Source: Eledone cirrhosa
Lineage: Eukaryota
Length of the DNA stretch: 64,000 nt
Direction: 5' to 3'
Assembly (NCBI GenBank): GCA_964016885.1
Contig: OZ024743.1
Location: forward strand, 159,402,001-159,466,000
This document shows, one piece after another, positions 19,638 through 32,260 of the stretch. The position numbers were made by a program, and so were the translations under genes. Every line of letters starts with the position of its first letter. Position 1 is the stretch's first letter. The notes beneath the pieces are model-generated. The model saw nothing but the letters and a program-made list of their open reading frames with translations, was not told the origin of the DNA and did no database searches.

Positions 19638-20130
19638 TTCTTCAGTAGTTTCATGCGACTATCTACTTTTTTACCTGGTGCACCTGAGTGTTTGTGAGGT
19701 GTGTGCAGCATTGTGAGCTTTCCGTTTTGTGGGGTGGAGGAGTATAGACTTACCCTGTTAAATTACTCTATCCGTCTTATTTAGCTATGGACTTCAGCTT
19801 ATAGTTTTTTTAAATTATTTTAGTATATGCTCGGTAAGATCTGTCATGCAATGATTTTTTAAATGCTTATTTTATGGTGTGTTTAAAGATTGTTATATTT
19901 AAACTGTGCTATTAATCAACGTTTTGTCAAAATATGTTGGCTTGGCCTAGCATAGCTTTGTTTATGTCTTATTAGCGTATAGTGTCATTTTGTAAATAAT
20001 AAATATTTTTAATTGGAATTTTGTAGAGTTAGGTATCAAAATGTGTAGATTACGATTCTGGAGACGAGATTAAAATATACGTTTATGGGAATTATTAACA
20101 AGAAGAGTATATATTCGAGTAGATGTAGCT

Positions 20131-20181
<51 letters not shown>

Positions 20182-20256
20182 ATAGTAGTAGTACTAGTAG
20201 TAGTAGTAGTAGTAGCAGTACTAGTAATAGTAGTGGTAGTAGTAGTAGTAGTAGTA
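20131..20256. repeat. (TAG)n microsatellite
   Basis: Direct; source of the poly-Ser ORF. Confidence 0.95.
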
Positions 20257-20289
20257 ATCCTGATGTAGTAGTAATAATCCTGATGTCAC

Positions 20290-20830
20290 TTCTATGAATT
20301 TGTTCATATTTTTTTTATCATAACTAATCTTCCCATTAGTATTGATATTAATATGACATTCATGTCCAATATATTTTATTTTCAATGTAAAGTTCCTGGT
20401 AATTTGATAATTCCTTTCTGTTGATATTTTGGTCAGATATTTTAGTGAGAATGTATATTTCCGAGTCCTCGCTTATAGTTTGAACGAGTGTATCGTGTTT
20501 AGTATGTGTTTATACCACTTCCTGTCTGTTTTCATGTCGAAATGTTGACATATTGCCCAGTGGATATAGTTGCCAACTAAATCATGCTTGTGTATGTATT
20601 CAGGTTTGGCAAGGAGTGGTGACCGGAGTGGATGTGGTCAACCATTTCTTATGTTCTTTGCATAATCTATATTTGGTGTCATGAACCGTTTTTATTATTT
20701 TGTTCTTATAATTGTTTGTGGTCAGATATTCCAGTCATTCCGTTTTTGCTTTTAGTAAAATGTTGATTTCGCTTTTCTGTCCATTTTAACTTTAGTATGT
20801 TTGTATTTTTTAATTCCTTTTTTCTGTTGT
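20290..20830 (-). pseudogene. Degenerate R4/Dong 3' fragment (CCHC/REL region)
   Basis: Minus-strand translation with shifts: TNNYKNKIIK..YRLCKEH..VDHI..EYIHKHD.VGNYIHWAICQHF. Confidence 0.7.
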
Positions 20831-21599
20831 TTCGTGTTTCTATATTTTATTTATCAGACTTATTCTATTGTTTTTCCAGTGCAATTGTTGCCTGAATTAT
20901 TATTATTATTATTTGAAACTTCCCTTGAATTCTGCTTCTTTCCCATATCTTGCCAAGTGTCAAACTTACACATGTGGCGAAATTTGGCAATCAAGTATCA
21001 TACAAATGATGTCAAAAGAGCATAAAAAACAATAACTATTTTTGCAAGGTATTTAAATTGATAATGCCTTTTTGAGACATGGTCAGTGCCAGTCAGCAAT
21101 GTTTTCTTTATCTTTTGTAGAGATGGCTTTCCAGGTATCTGATCAAATAAAAATATTAAAGTTAGAAATATTGACTACGTAAACTATGAAGATTAGACCT
21201 AATATGACAAACAAAATAAAGTTAAAATAAAATCACTTTAAAATCTAACTTTAGCATACCGACAGAATACTGGCCATCAAGAGCCGCAACAAATCTACAT
21301 CGTCCAAAATATATGAAATATGAGAAATATTTTAAAAAGAGATAATTCTTAAGATGGAAATTTAGAATATGACAACTAAAGACGGAAATAGTATACATTA
21401 AGATATCAAAATCGATACATTTCAATTGGAAACATTTGCAAAGCCTCTTCCATAAAATACCATAAATACAGTAGGGGCTGATATGGAGTTCTGTTTAGAA
21501 AAGTGCGACCAGGAAACATTAAAGGCGAACATAAGCACCAATATAATGTTAGAGGGAGAATTGAAAGTGAGAATAAACATAGATTTACCTTCACTTAGT

Positions 21600-21975
21600 A
21601 GTTAGCTTGGAGGAAAAACTGATCAACCTCCCATCTATAACAACAGTGGAACTAAAGACGAGTAAGGCACTGCCTCCACAAAAACATACAAACTATGCAG
21701 TGTGTAAATGCCTCAACAGACTAAGATTTTGTGTTGGACGTGCAAAAGTCAATCTGGCAAAATGGGGATATTTAAAGGATGGTAATGTGAATGGCTGCGG
21801 CACCGAACCACAGACTCGCAGCACCTCCTGATATGTCCCCTGCTGGAACACCCCTGCACAGCATTGGACTTGGCAGAGTTTAATGAGAAAGGACAGTAAT
21901 GTGTTCAGCTGTGGTGGAACAACATCTAGCCAAGCTTTCTCACTGACACTCTTGTGGACACGATAAGATGAAGTG
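21600..21975 (+). pseudogene. 3' fragment of an Ingi/Vingi-like LINE
   Basis: CLNRLRFCVGRAKVNLAKWGY..GCGTEPQT..HLLICP, ending GACACGATAAGATGAAG; family assignment is from recalled motifs. Confidence 0.55.
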
Positions 21976-22694
21976 TAATTATGTAACTATAAAATGCAAA
22001 ACCCAGAAATGGTTAAGAAAATATATCAAAGAATTATGGAATTATTAATTTAAAAAAACCTAAATGCTCTAAATAGGTATCTATACACCAGTTATATCAG
22101 TGACAAAATATACCAAAATATTTTCACATTATTTACCTTAAAGAGAGGTAGTGGGTCTTCTGTAATTAGGAAATCGCGGCATAAACATATCTAGTATAAT
22201 AGAATATAATGACAAATAGCCACAGCCCGTGAACTACAACCTTTGTTTTCTGGCTTAGAAACTAAATACTAAACTACAAAGACGGTAAATGATGAAAAAA
22301 GAAAAAAAGAAAAAAAGAGAGAAAGGACATTAAACACAAACAACTAAACTGAAAATTGTTGCTTTAAAACGTATTAATATAAGATATGTAACTTTGTACA
22401 TAACAGAACTGGATAACCTAATTAACGCAATACCAGATGAGGACCCCAAAATTGATATAGTGTGGGATATTAAAAAACTTCCCCACGATTTGTTTGTCAA
22501 TGATCACACAGGATATGAATTTCCTTCTCGTTATTGATTCTCTTCAAACCTACGTGAATATACGTATCTCTACAAATAAATGGGGAAAACTATCCAAATA
22601 TAAAGACGTGGAAATAGATATATCCATGAAACAATCCCCAAAATAATGTGTCTTGAGAATGTTTGACATATATGTAAATAGCCAAAACTATAGC

Positions 22695-23477
22695 TTTGTA
22701 CATATACATAATTGTTTCTACTTTTGGCACAAGGCCAGCAATTACCCAGTACATTACTGGTACTTATTTTATCGATCCCGTAAGGATGAAAGGCAAAGTT
22801 GACCTCGGCGCGATTTGAACTCAGAATGGAACGGATGACGTCCGACCCTCTACCGATACTGCCAATCCACCGCCCTTTGTACATATACATAATAGTTTCT
22901 ACTTTTGGCACAAGGCCAGCAATTACCCAGCACATTACTGGTACTTTATTTTATCGACCCCGTAAGGATGAAAGCCAAAGTTAACCTCGGCGGGATTTGA
23001 ACTCAGATCATAAAGGGACGTAACTCTATGCTTCAAAGCATGGTATCCGACTCTCTACCGATACTGCCAATTTGTACATATACATAATTGTTTCTACTTT
23101 AGGCACAAGGCCAGCAATTACCCAGTGCATTACTGGTACTTTATTTTATCGACCCCGTAAGGATGAAAGGTAAAGTTAACCTCGGCGGGATTTGAACTCA
23201 GAATGGCAAGGGCCGTAACTCTATGCGCCAAAGCATGGCATCCGACACTCTACCAATACTGCCGTACATATACATAATTGTTTCTACTTTAGGCACAAGG
23301 CCAGCAATTACCCAGTACATTACTGGTACTTTATTTTATCGACCCCGTAAGGATGAAAGGCAAAGTTAACCTCCGCGGGATTTGAACTCAGACTGTAAAG
23401 GGACATAACTATGCTAGAAAACATGGCGTCGAACCCTCTACAGATACTGCAAATTCACCGCCGTACATATACATAAT
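22695..23477 (-). mobile_element. Four head-to-tail tRNA-SINEs separated by a repeated 15-18 bp target duplication
   Basis: (TTT)GTACATATACATAAT at 22695, 22876, 23071, 23264 and 23463 brackets four diverged SINE copies. Confidence 0.92.
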
Positions 23478-23624
23478 AGTCGGCAAATAGCACTACTAGT
23501 CACATGTCATTTATTATGTAGAGTTCTATTCAATATTTCAGGAAAAAATGCAACAGATCAAAACTTCGCGTACTCAATACTGACGATGAAAACTTGCAAT
23601 AAAAATAATATTACAAAACATTAA

Positions 23625-24972
23625 TCATCATCATCAGGTCGAGCTTGCTCGGCTTTCTACGACACGTTTCCTCCATCCATCTCTGTCTCTCATAGCGTTT
23701 GCCAGTTCTTCCGCAGTGCATCCAATATCGTCCTCAAGTTGCTTGACGTATGTCTTCATGGGACGACCAGCGTTTCTTGCTCCATGAGATGAATTCAATA
23801 ACAGTACATCAGCTGCTATTTCTTCCTTGCTGCGCCAACAGTGGCCAGCAAATCTGAGTCTCTGTCCACGTATTGAGCTGCTGATAGGTGGTATGTTGCC
23901 ATAGAGATCCGTCTAGCTTTTTCTCCAGTTACGACGTTAGCGTCGAAAAGCGTGCGGACTCGACAAGATCCCAGCTGAAGTGTGGAAGGTACCTGAATTT
24001 CACCCAACCCTACTAGAGTTGTGTAATGGTGTCTATAATCAAGACCCCATAGACAAATGGATTGAGGGATGTATACTCCCTTTTGCCAAAAAGGGCGATC
24101 TTGGAATGGCTAAAAACTACCGTGGCATAACACTAATAGCAATTACCGCAAAGATATACAATCTCATGTTGCTTGACAGAATAAGACCTGTCATTGACCT
24201 CTTGCTGAGAAAAAACAAAATGGCTTCCGCACCAACAGATCAACACCAGGGCAAATACTTACTATTCGGCGTATCTTGGAAGGCGTAAAAGCCAAAAACC
24301 TCCCAGCAACTCTCCTGTTTATTGACTTTTCAAAAGCATTCGATTCCATCCTACGGCTTGCCAAAGGAAACAGTAAATGCTATCATGATGTTATATAAAA
24401 ACACCCGCGCAATGGTGCGCTCACCTGATGGAGATACCAACTTCTTTGACATCATTGCAGGAGTACTCGAAGGGGATACTGTTGCACCATATATTTTTAT
24501 CATCTGCCTCGACTATGTATTGAGAAAAGCCCTGGATGAAAAATTAGAGCTTGGTTTCACTCTCACAAAGCGAAAGTGTAGACGCCAAGCAGCTCAGAAA
24601 ATCACCGATGCAGACTATGCGGATGATTTAGCGGTCCTCGCTGACTACCTTAAGGGTGCAACATTACTACTTCACAGCATCGAATCAGTTGCAAAGGAAA
24701 TCGGACTCTATGTCAACACAAGCAAAACAGAATATATTTGCCTGAACCAAGACTCCTCAGTTGGTATGCGAAGTCTAAACGGTGATATAATCAAGCAAGT
24801 TGACGACTTCAAATACCTGGGTAGCTATATCGTCTCCACAGAACATGATGTTAACATCAGACTGGGCAAAGCCTGAGGAGCATTGAATGCAATGGAAAAA
24901 ATACAGAAATCAAACCTGAAAAGGAATTTCTGAAAAGGAATTTCTTCAGAGCTGCTGTGGTATCTGTGCTAT
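23625..24972 (-). mobile_element. RTE-clade LINE with 5' inversion
   Basis: Minus 23946-23625 is the 3' end (RLRFAGHCWR..GRPMKTY..RDRDGWR, (TGA)n tail); plus 23950-24972 is RT (NYRGITL, GVLEGDT, DYADDL, FKYLGS). Confidence 0.85.
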
Positions 24973-25200
24973 GATTTCTTTATTTCTTTATTTCTTTATA
25001 ATAATAATAATGCTTTCTTTATTAACCACAGACGATTTACAGAAAATACATTAAGCACAGCACAAGACGGTACAGGACGGTACAAATATGGGTTTCTGGG
25101 TGTAAAAAAGGAAACAGAAACAAAAAATGTAACAAAACAATGGAAACAAATTAAAAATCCCTAATTGTGGGGAGACCAACGAGGGTTACTTCTGTAGAAA

Positions 25201-25306
25201 TAATTGTTTCTACTTTAGGCACAAGGCCAGCAATTAACCAGTTCATTACTGGTACTTTATTTTATCGACCCCGTAAGGATGAAAGGCAAAGTCAACCTCG
25301 GCGGGA
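25201..25306 (-). mobile_element. 5'-truncated tRNA-SINE
   Basis: SINE 3' half; AGAAATAAT duplicated on both sides. Confidence 0.85.
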
Positions 25307-25529
25307 TGGAGAAATAATAATCGATGATTCAGTTTGCACTGATTACAATATATTTCTCAAAGAAATCTAATAATTATGCAGTTGAAAGATGCAATCCAAA
25401 ATATTGCCTATAATCTCTGGGGAAAGAACACACGGCGATACGTAGCCCAAATATCATTCTATCTATCTATCTACCCCTTTGCGCTCTCCCTCTCTCTCTA
25501 TATATATATTTATATATATATAGATAAAA

Positions 25530-28500
25530 TCTCATACCGGATCGGCCGTCACCCGCGTCAAAAAGGGCCGGCTCCCTCAGAGAGGAACCAGACTGGAGTC
25601 GAAAAATCAGCTTATGGTTCAAACCTTCCCATCACTTCGGAGCTGGAAACCTCCCATAACCGGAATACTACTACTGTTGGCCCTCCATGCTCACCACCAA
25701 GAAATCCAAAGAAACAGAGAAAAAAATGGTCAAGGGAAGACAATAAAGACCTCCTTGAGGCTTTCTACACTGCCATGTACTACCCATCAAATAGATAGAA
25801 TACAGAACAGACATATATCAACTGTAAAAAGAAACATCCCGAAAACAGAGGCTATATTGACAGTAACAAACTAGCCAATATACGAAGAAATATTGTAAAA
25901 AAAAAGTTACTAACTGATATAGAAATTGATCAGATCAAGCAATTAGCACAAAGTCAGCGAAGGAAAAATGAAACATGTGTCAGTGAAACCGAAGTAAATT
26001 GTAACACATCGAATCCCAGGGTTGGGACGGAATCACTGAGAGCAGAACAAATTAAAGAAAGGATCGAAGAAGTGGGAGAGCATGATCAAGATGAAACTCA
26101 AAATGAAAACAATGAGATCGTAAATTATAAAGAAATGAATGAGAATGAACTTGCCAACTTGAAGAATTAAATTATGAAAATTATGAAAAAATGAAAGAAT
26201 CTGACATGGGGGAACGAGACACTCTCCCTAAGATCCAGAACTCCAAACAGAACCAAAAGATCATACACAAGACTAACATACTTCTCAAAAACATTATCAT
26301 CACAAACAAACTAAACATTACTGATCTAAATTATCTCTATTATGCATCGGCTAAAGTCACCACTCACTTATGTGGAGTGAAAAGGAAAAAACAAAGGAAT
26401 TCCCACAAGAAACCTACTTGGCAAGAGAACATCAATCGCCAGATAAACTTTCTCCGATCTGACATAGACATTTTCACAAAACTACAAAGTAGGTGAACTT
26501 TTCAAGCTAAACTTAGAAAATTGAAAAGAAAATACAGTATAAAATCAACAAGTGACATATACATGCTGATTGAAATAATCAAACAAAAAGTGTCGGCCAA
26601 AGCTGCTCGTATAAGTCGCTTTGAAAAACGATCTAGATTCTATAAGGACGATAATATGTTCAAAAACAACCAAAGAAACTTCTACAGAAAAATTGGTAAG
26701 TCAACAATAACTGTAAATCAATACCAACCAAGGAGGAAGTGCAAGAATTCTGGGAAAAGATCTGGGCCGAAGAAAAAGTTCATAATATACATGCCCCATG
26801 GATAGACAGACAAATGAAAGATACAGCTGACATTGAGGAACAAACATGGGAAAATATAACAGTTGAACAGTTGCGTTTGGATCTTAGAAAAACCTGCAAA
26901 TGGAAATCCCCGGGAAAAGACAAAATACCAAATTTTCACAAAGTCTCATGAGCTGTTATCCCAAATTTTACAATGAAATAGTTAAGAAGCCAGAAAAGAT
27001 ACCATCATGGCTAGTTAACGGCATTACATTCCTGCTTCCGAAGAATGATGAGACAAACAATCCCAAAAATTACAGACCGATAACTTGCTTGACCACAATG
27101 TATAACATTTTAACATCAGTCCTAACTGAATACACATATGACCACCTGATAACAAATGACCTATTTCCCATTGAGCAGAAAGGGTGTAAACGAGGCTCAT
27201 ATGGCTGTAAGGATCAGCTTCTGGTTAACAAAATGATACTGGAAGATTGTCATAATAGACACAAAAATCTATCGATTGCTTGGATAGATTATAAAAAAGC
27301 ATTCGATAGTTTGCCACACAGTTGGATTGAAAAATGTTTAGAGATTTTCAAAATATCCCCCGTTGTCAGGAGGTTTTGTCATTCAGTATGAAGACATGGA
27401 AAACGACACTCCTTTTGAATAGTGAAACAAAATCACTGGAAGCTGGAGAAGTTAATATTAATTGTGGAATTTTTCAGGGTGACTCTTTATCACCGCTTTT
27501 ATTCTGCATCGCACTTATACCATTAAGTAAAATGCTCAATGAAACAAAACATGGATATAAAGTCTATGACAAAACCATTAATCACCTGTTCTACATGGAT
27601 GACCTGAAACTATTTGCAAAAAATGATGAACAATTGCAAGGGCTATTATCCACTGTGAAGCAGTTCAGTGATGACATTAAAATGGTGTTTGGACTAGATA
27701 AATGCGCCAAAGCAACGTTCACCAGAGGAAAGCTGCTGAAGAGTTCAGACATTAATCTTGATCGGGGGAACGTGATAAGAGAACTTGATCAAGAAAAAAC
27801 TTACAAATATCTAGGTGTTTGTGAAGGAGACAGAATCAAGCACTCGACAATGTGGGAAAGGATAAGGAAGGAACGTTACCGCAGAGTAAGAGCAATCTTA
27901 AGAACGGAATTGAATGCAAGGAATAGGATCGATGCCATAAACACGCTTGCCATACCAGTAGTAACCTACAGTTACAATGTCATCAACTGGTCAAGCACAG
28001 AGATCCGTAGGCTCGATACAAAAATTCGAAAATTCTTAACCATGCACAGAATGCATCACCCTAAGGCAGATATAGATAGAATATATCTCCCTAGGAAAGA
28101 AGGAGGACGTGGGTTAATCCAGTTAGACATTGCGTTGAAAACTGTAACAATTGGATTATCTACATATCTAAGGGAATCACATGATTGGATGATCAAACTC
28201 GTTTTGAAACACGAAAGCATCAAAAGATCATATTCCATTACAAAAGATGCACAAAGATACAGTAATGGACTACAAATTTCAGAAGTCCCATTTACTGCTG
28301 AAATGGAAAACACAGAAAAAGCAAAGCAGGTAAAAGTAACTGCAAAGAAAGAACTGCTACAGAAACTGGCTAAGAAATGGCAAGAAAAGCCTCTGTATGG
28401 AAAATACCCAGAGCGAGCTAACAATCCCGATGTTGACAAAACTTTAACCCATCAGTGGTTGGCATCCTCTAGACTGAAATCGGAGACTGAAGGACTGATT

Positions 28501-29428
28501 ATATCGGCACAAGATCAGTGTCTGCCAACAAAAAATTACCAAGCCAACATAATAAAAAATGGGTGCAGCCCATTATGCCGTGTATGCAAAAAACAACCAG
28601 AGACCATTGACCATATAATTTCAATGTGCAGTCCTATAGCTCCAACCGAATACCTAAACAGGCATGACAGATCTGCACAATACATACATTGGATAATGTG
28701 TAAGCATTTTGACCTGCCCCAACAAAAGAATTGGTGGGAGCATCAACCACCTTCCATACTTGAAAAAGATCACATCTCAATCTTGTGGAACTTTAGCTTC
28801 CAAAGAGACCGAAAAATAGATGCAAACAGACCTGATATAATATTGAAAGACTTTCAAAAGAGGGTATGCCTGCTAATTGATATGTCCATTCCAATAGACA
28901 AGAATGTATCTATAAAAACATTTGAAAAATTGAGCAAGTATAAGGACCTGGAGATAGAAATTGGAAAAATGTGGAAATTGAGAACTAAAACAATACCAGT
29001 GGTTGTAGGCGCTCTGGGAATGATACCTAAGGGGTCTAATGATTAATTATCGCAGATCCCAGGAAACCCGCGTATAGGAGAAATACAAAAGATAGTACTA
29101 ATGGGAACTGCCCATATACTAAGGAAGATTCTGTCAATATAAGTACATCACAAGTCTAAACACTAAAGATGCATGTGTGTGCATGTATGTTCTTTCTTGA
29201 ACATGGCGGACCTTGTTGTCTCTTGAGGTCACTGGTTGTGACTTGGTGATAACTCGTATGAACATAAAGCAAGATAAATGCAACTGTAATAATAATAATA
29301 ATAATATGTATGTTCTTTCTTGAACATGGCGGACCTTGTTGTCTCTTGAGGTCACTGGTTGTGACTTGGTGATAACTCGTATGAACATAAAGCAAGTTAA
29401 ATGCAACTGTAATAATAATAATAATAAT
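25530..29428 (+). mobile_element. Near full-length R4/Dong-type non-LTR retrotransposon (RT + CCHC + REL endonuclease) with a few frameshifts and stops
   Basis: NYRPITCL, WIDYKKAFDS, GIFQGDSLSP, FYMDDLKL, CRVC..ETIDH..C, RHD, RPDI..D..KLSKYKDL; (TAA)n tails. Confidence 0.95.
27334..29046 (+). pseudogene. Longest remaining ORF (570 aa) of the R4/Dong element: RT C-half, zinc knuckle, REL
   Basis: ORF track plus motifs; premature TAA at 29044, with the frame continuing to ~29142 (GTAHILRKILSI). Confidence 0.9.
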
Positions 29429-29449
29429 CAAAGCTGCTGACAAGTGATA

Positions 29450-29850
29450 CAATCATTACCCTCAGGCTGTAACTGAAGGAGAAAAATTTACGATTCTTTG
29501 GTACTTTCCTGCACATACCGACCAGGCCATAAAAGCTAATAGACCAGATATTATTGTAAAAGACCATCATTACAAGGTCTGATTACTGATTGATAGTAGC
29601 ATCCCATGTGATCACAATGTCGCGGCAAAAGAATTTGACAAGGTAAGAAAATATAAAGATCTACTTATTTAAATCGAAAAAATATGGTACCTCAAGGACG
29701 TTACAATACCAGTGATTGTGGGAGCACTAGGAATGATCATAAACGGAACAGAAGAGTATTTGAGAATGATCCCTTGTTTACCATCTCTGCAAGAGGTGCA
29801 AACATTGTTTTGACTGGTACTGCACACATATTGAAAAGAGTAATATCTCT
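29450..29850 (+). pseudogene. Second R4/Dong 3' fragment (REL domain)
   Basis: KANRPDIIVKD..LLID..IP..KEFDKVRKYKDL..IPVIVGALGMI. Confidence 0.8.
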
Positions 29851-30045
29851 GTAAGAATAATATCACTCCTTGTAGATGTGTGTGTGCGTGTGTGTGTGTG
29901 TGGATGTGTGTGTGTGTGTGCGCGTGTGTGCGCGTGTGTGCATGGATATATTTTATTTATATCTATGTATGTGTGTGTATGTATGTGTATATATGTGTGT
30001 GTGCATGTGTATATGTGTGTATGCATGTGTGAGTATACATATATA

Positions 30046-30093
<48 letters not shown>

Positions 30094-31189
30094 TGTATGT
30101 ATTTGATAATATACTGTATGTTGAACTAAAAGCATTTTGAAGACCATTCGATATGAATTCTGAAGTAGTAACTAAGTCACTTATTTATTCTCGACAAAAA
30201 CAAAGGGGAGTTATCGACAGTCCTGTTACCCGCTCGTTACTGATTATCAAGACTACTTATCCCTTCGCTTAGATTGGCTAGTTGATTTTATGAACGGCAT
30301 GTGTGTCCCCGGGGACGTCGTCGCTCTTTCCCTCCACTAATCCTCTATAGAACACAAAGGTGGAATTTGCATATTTACACTGATTGTGATCGGTCGAAAT
30401 TAGTATCATTGGTTTCAGCAAGGGATAATATGAGAGCTGAAAAAAGAAGCACCAATTTTTTCCGCAGTGAACAGACTCTTGTGGGCGTTCCAAAGATCAT
30501 CCTTTCCAAATCCCCAGAAGAAATCTAAAATGGCTTCTCTAATAAATTTAATTTTTTGGAAAGAAAAACCGGAAGATAGATGTCAACTTTGCTAGCAGCA
30601 ATGACAAACCGCACAGCACATACAACACAACGCAGCAACCCACCACCACCCCGTTGTTATGGGTGCACATTTTAACTTAGCCGTAACAAAATCTGAAAAC
30701 AGCAACATGAAAAATATTAGCAGCCGAGGTAACTTCAAAAAGTAGACATTAATCCATTCATATTCTGATGTTACTAATTTTGAGACAAAAATAAAATGAA
30801 ATAAAATAAAATGATAACATAAAAAAACAGCCACGGACATCAAACAATTGCAATGACACCCATGCCTCCATTACTGCCACTACCACAGAAGCATTTGGAA
30901 AAAGTAACAATTTAAAAAAAAAAAATGATCAGAATGATTTCATCATTAGCCACAGAGTGCTCACATGAAGAAAACATTAATAACGGCACAAGTATCTTTA
31001 ATGGTAATGATGATAAAAACCGTTATATAAACCGACCCAAATTCTGCGATGGAGTGATCACTGACCCCCTTTTTGAGTGCTTAAATGCCGAAACTAAATA
31101 GTTCAAATTAGGGTGAAAATGAGGCTGAAATTTATGTGAATGTCTCTTACCGGCAAGTGCTCCCGGACTCAGAAGCAGGGATATGACTC

Positions 31190-32260
31190 ATCCAAAACTC
31201 TTGTTGCTGGAGGAAGACGAAGGAGTGAAGCAAGAAACAATTAGATGAAGGAAATTAATAAAACTGTAATGAAATATTATCTGAAAACTGATCCTACAAA
31301 GAAAGGCTATAGGAAATGAATGCTTAAAATCTGAAACGATATAGGTATATTTACATTAGGGGAACGAATAATAGCAGATTAGGCGCATATATTAAGAACT
31401 AAGGGTGGGTAAGCGAGTAGAAATTGGAGGAACTGACTAGAGAGATTAACCTGAAAATGGAAAGCGGAGTAGATCACGCAACTGAGCTTGCAGAAAGCGG
31501 ATTGAATTAGGCAAATGAGACAGTAAAATATGGGGTAAAATGGTTATGAGATTTGAGAAAGTAATCGACGAAGACAATGATCTAATGATTATTGAGATAT
31601 ATAACATCTGTCATTGAAAAATTGAACGCTGACGGGCTAGGGCAAGATTTTGTTGGTATTCTGAATTTAATGATGCATTAAATGAATAATTGTTTCTACT
31701 TTTTGGCACAAGGCCTGCAATTATCCAGTGCATTACTGGTACTTTATTTTATCGACCCCGTAAGGATGAAAGGCAAAGTTAACATCGGCGGGATTTGAAC
31801 TCAGAATGGCAAGGGCCATAACTCAAAGCATGGCGTCCGACCCTCTACGGATACTGACAATCCACCGCATGAAATGAATAATGATAGTGCAAAACCTATA
31901 GATCTAATATTTGTAGACAGAAACATGTTGAAAGAAACGACAGCTAAGTTACACATTCTCTTACCATGCTTTGAGGCGAAGAATCCTCAACAATGCAATA
32001 TCCTCAAATCAGCCGCAAATGTGGTGAATAAAAAAACGTTTGTTATCAAAACAAGGGAAAACTAAGGAGAAAGGACAGAACCTTGGTGATAGAAGCGGTT
32101 GTATGGTCAAATAAAGGAAACAAGAAGGTAATCGGGAAAGTTGAGTCTTTAATAAACGGGACATTACAAAACGTAGATACTTAGGATACAAGTAAATACA
32201 ACACAACTGGTAAAAAGTAAAAAATGTTATAATAGAGGAACAAAACAACGTGCCAATGCC
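31190..32260 (+). pseudogene. Decayed R4/Dong N-terminal fragment interrupted by a SINE
   Basis: P..KGYRK.M..I...G.F..E..IAD..R remnants; similarity to 16155-16380. Confidence 0.6.
31688..31869 (-). mobile_element. tRNA-SINE with ~16 bp TSD
   Basis: GCAT(T/G)AAATGAATAAT at 31675 and 31868. Confidence 0.9.

Noticed and set aside
20085-20297. Poly-Ser ORF
   Set aside because: (TAG)n microsatellite.
22695-23477. CRISPR-like repeat-spacer pattern
   Set aside because: The 'spacers' are homologous ~175 bp SINEs; no cas genes; eukaryotic context.
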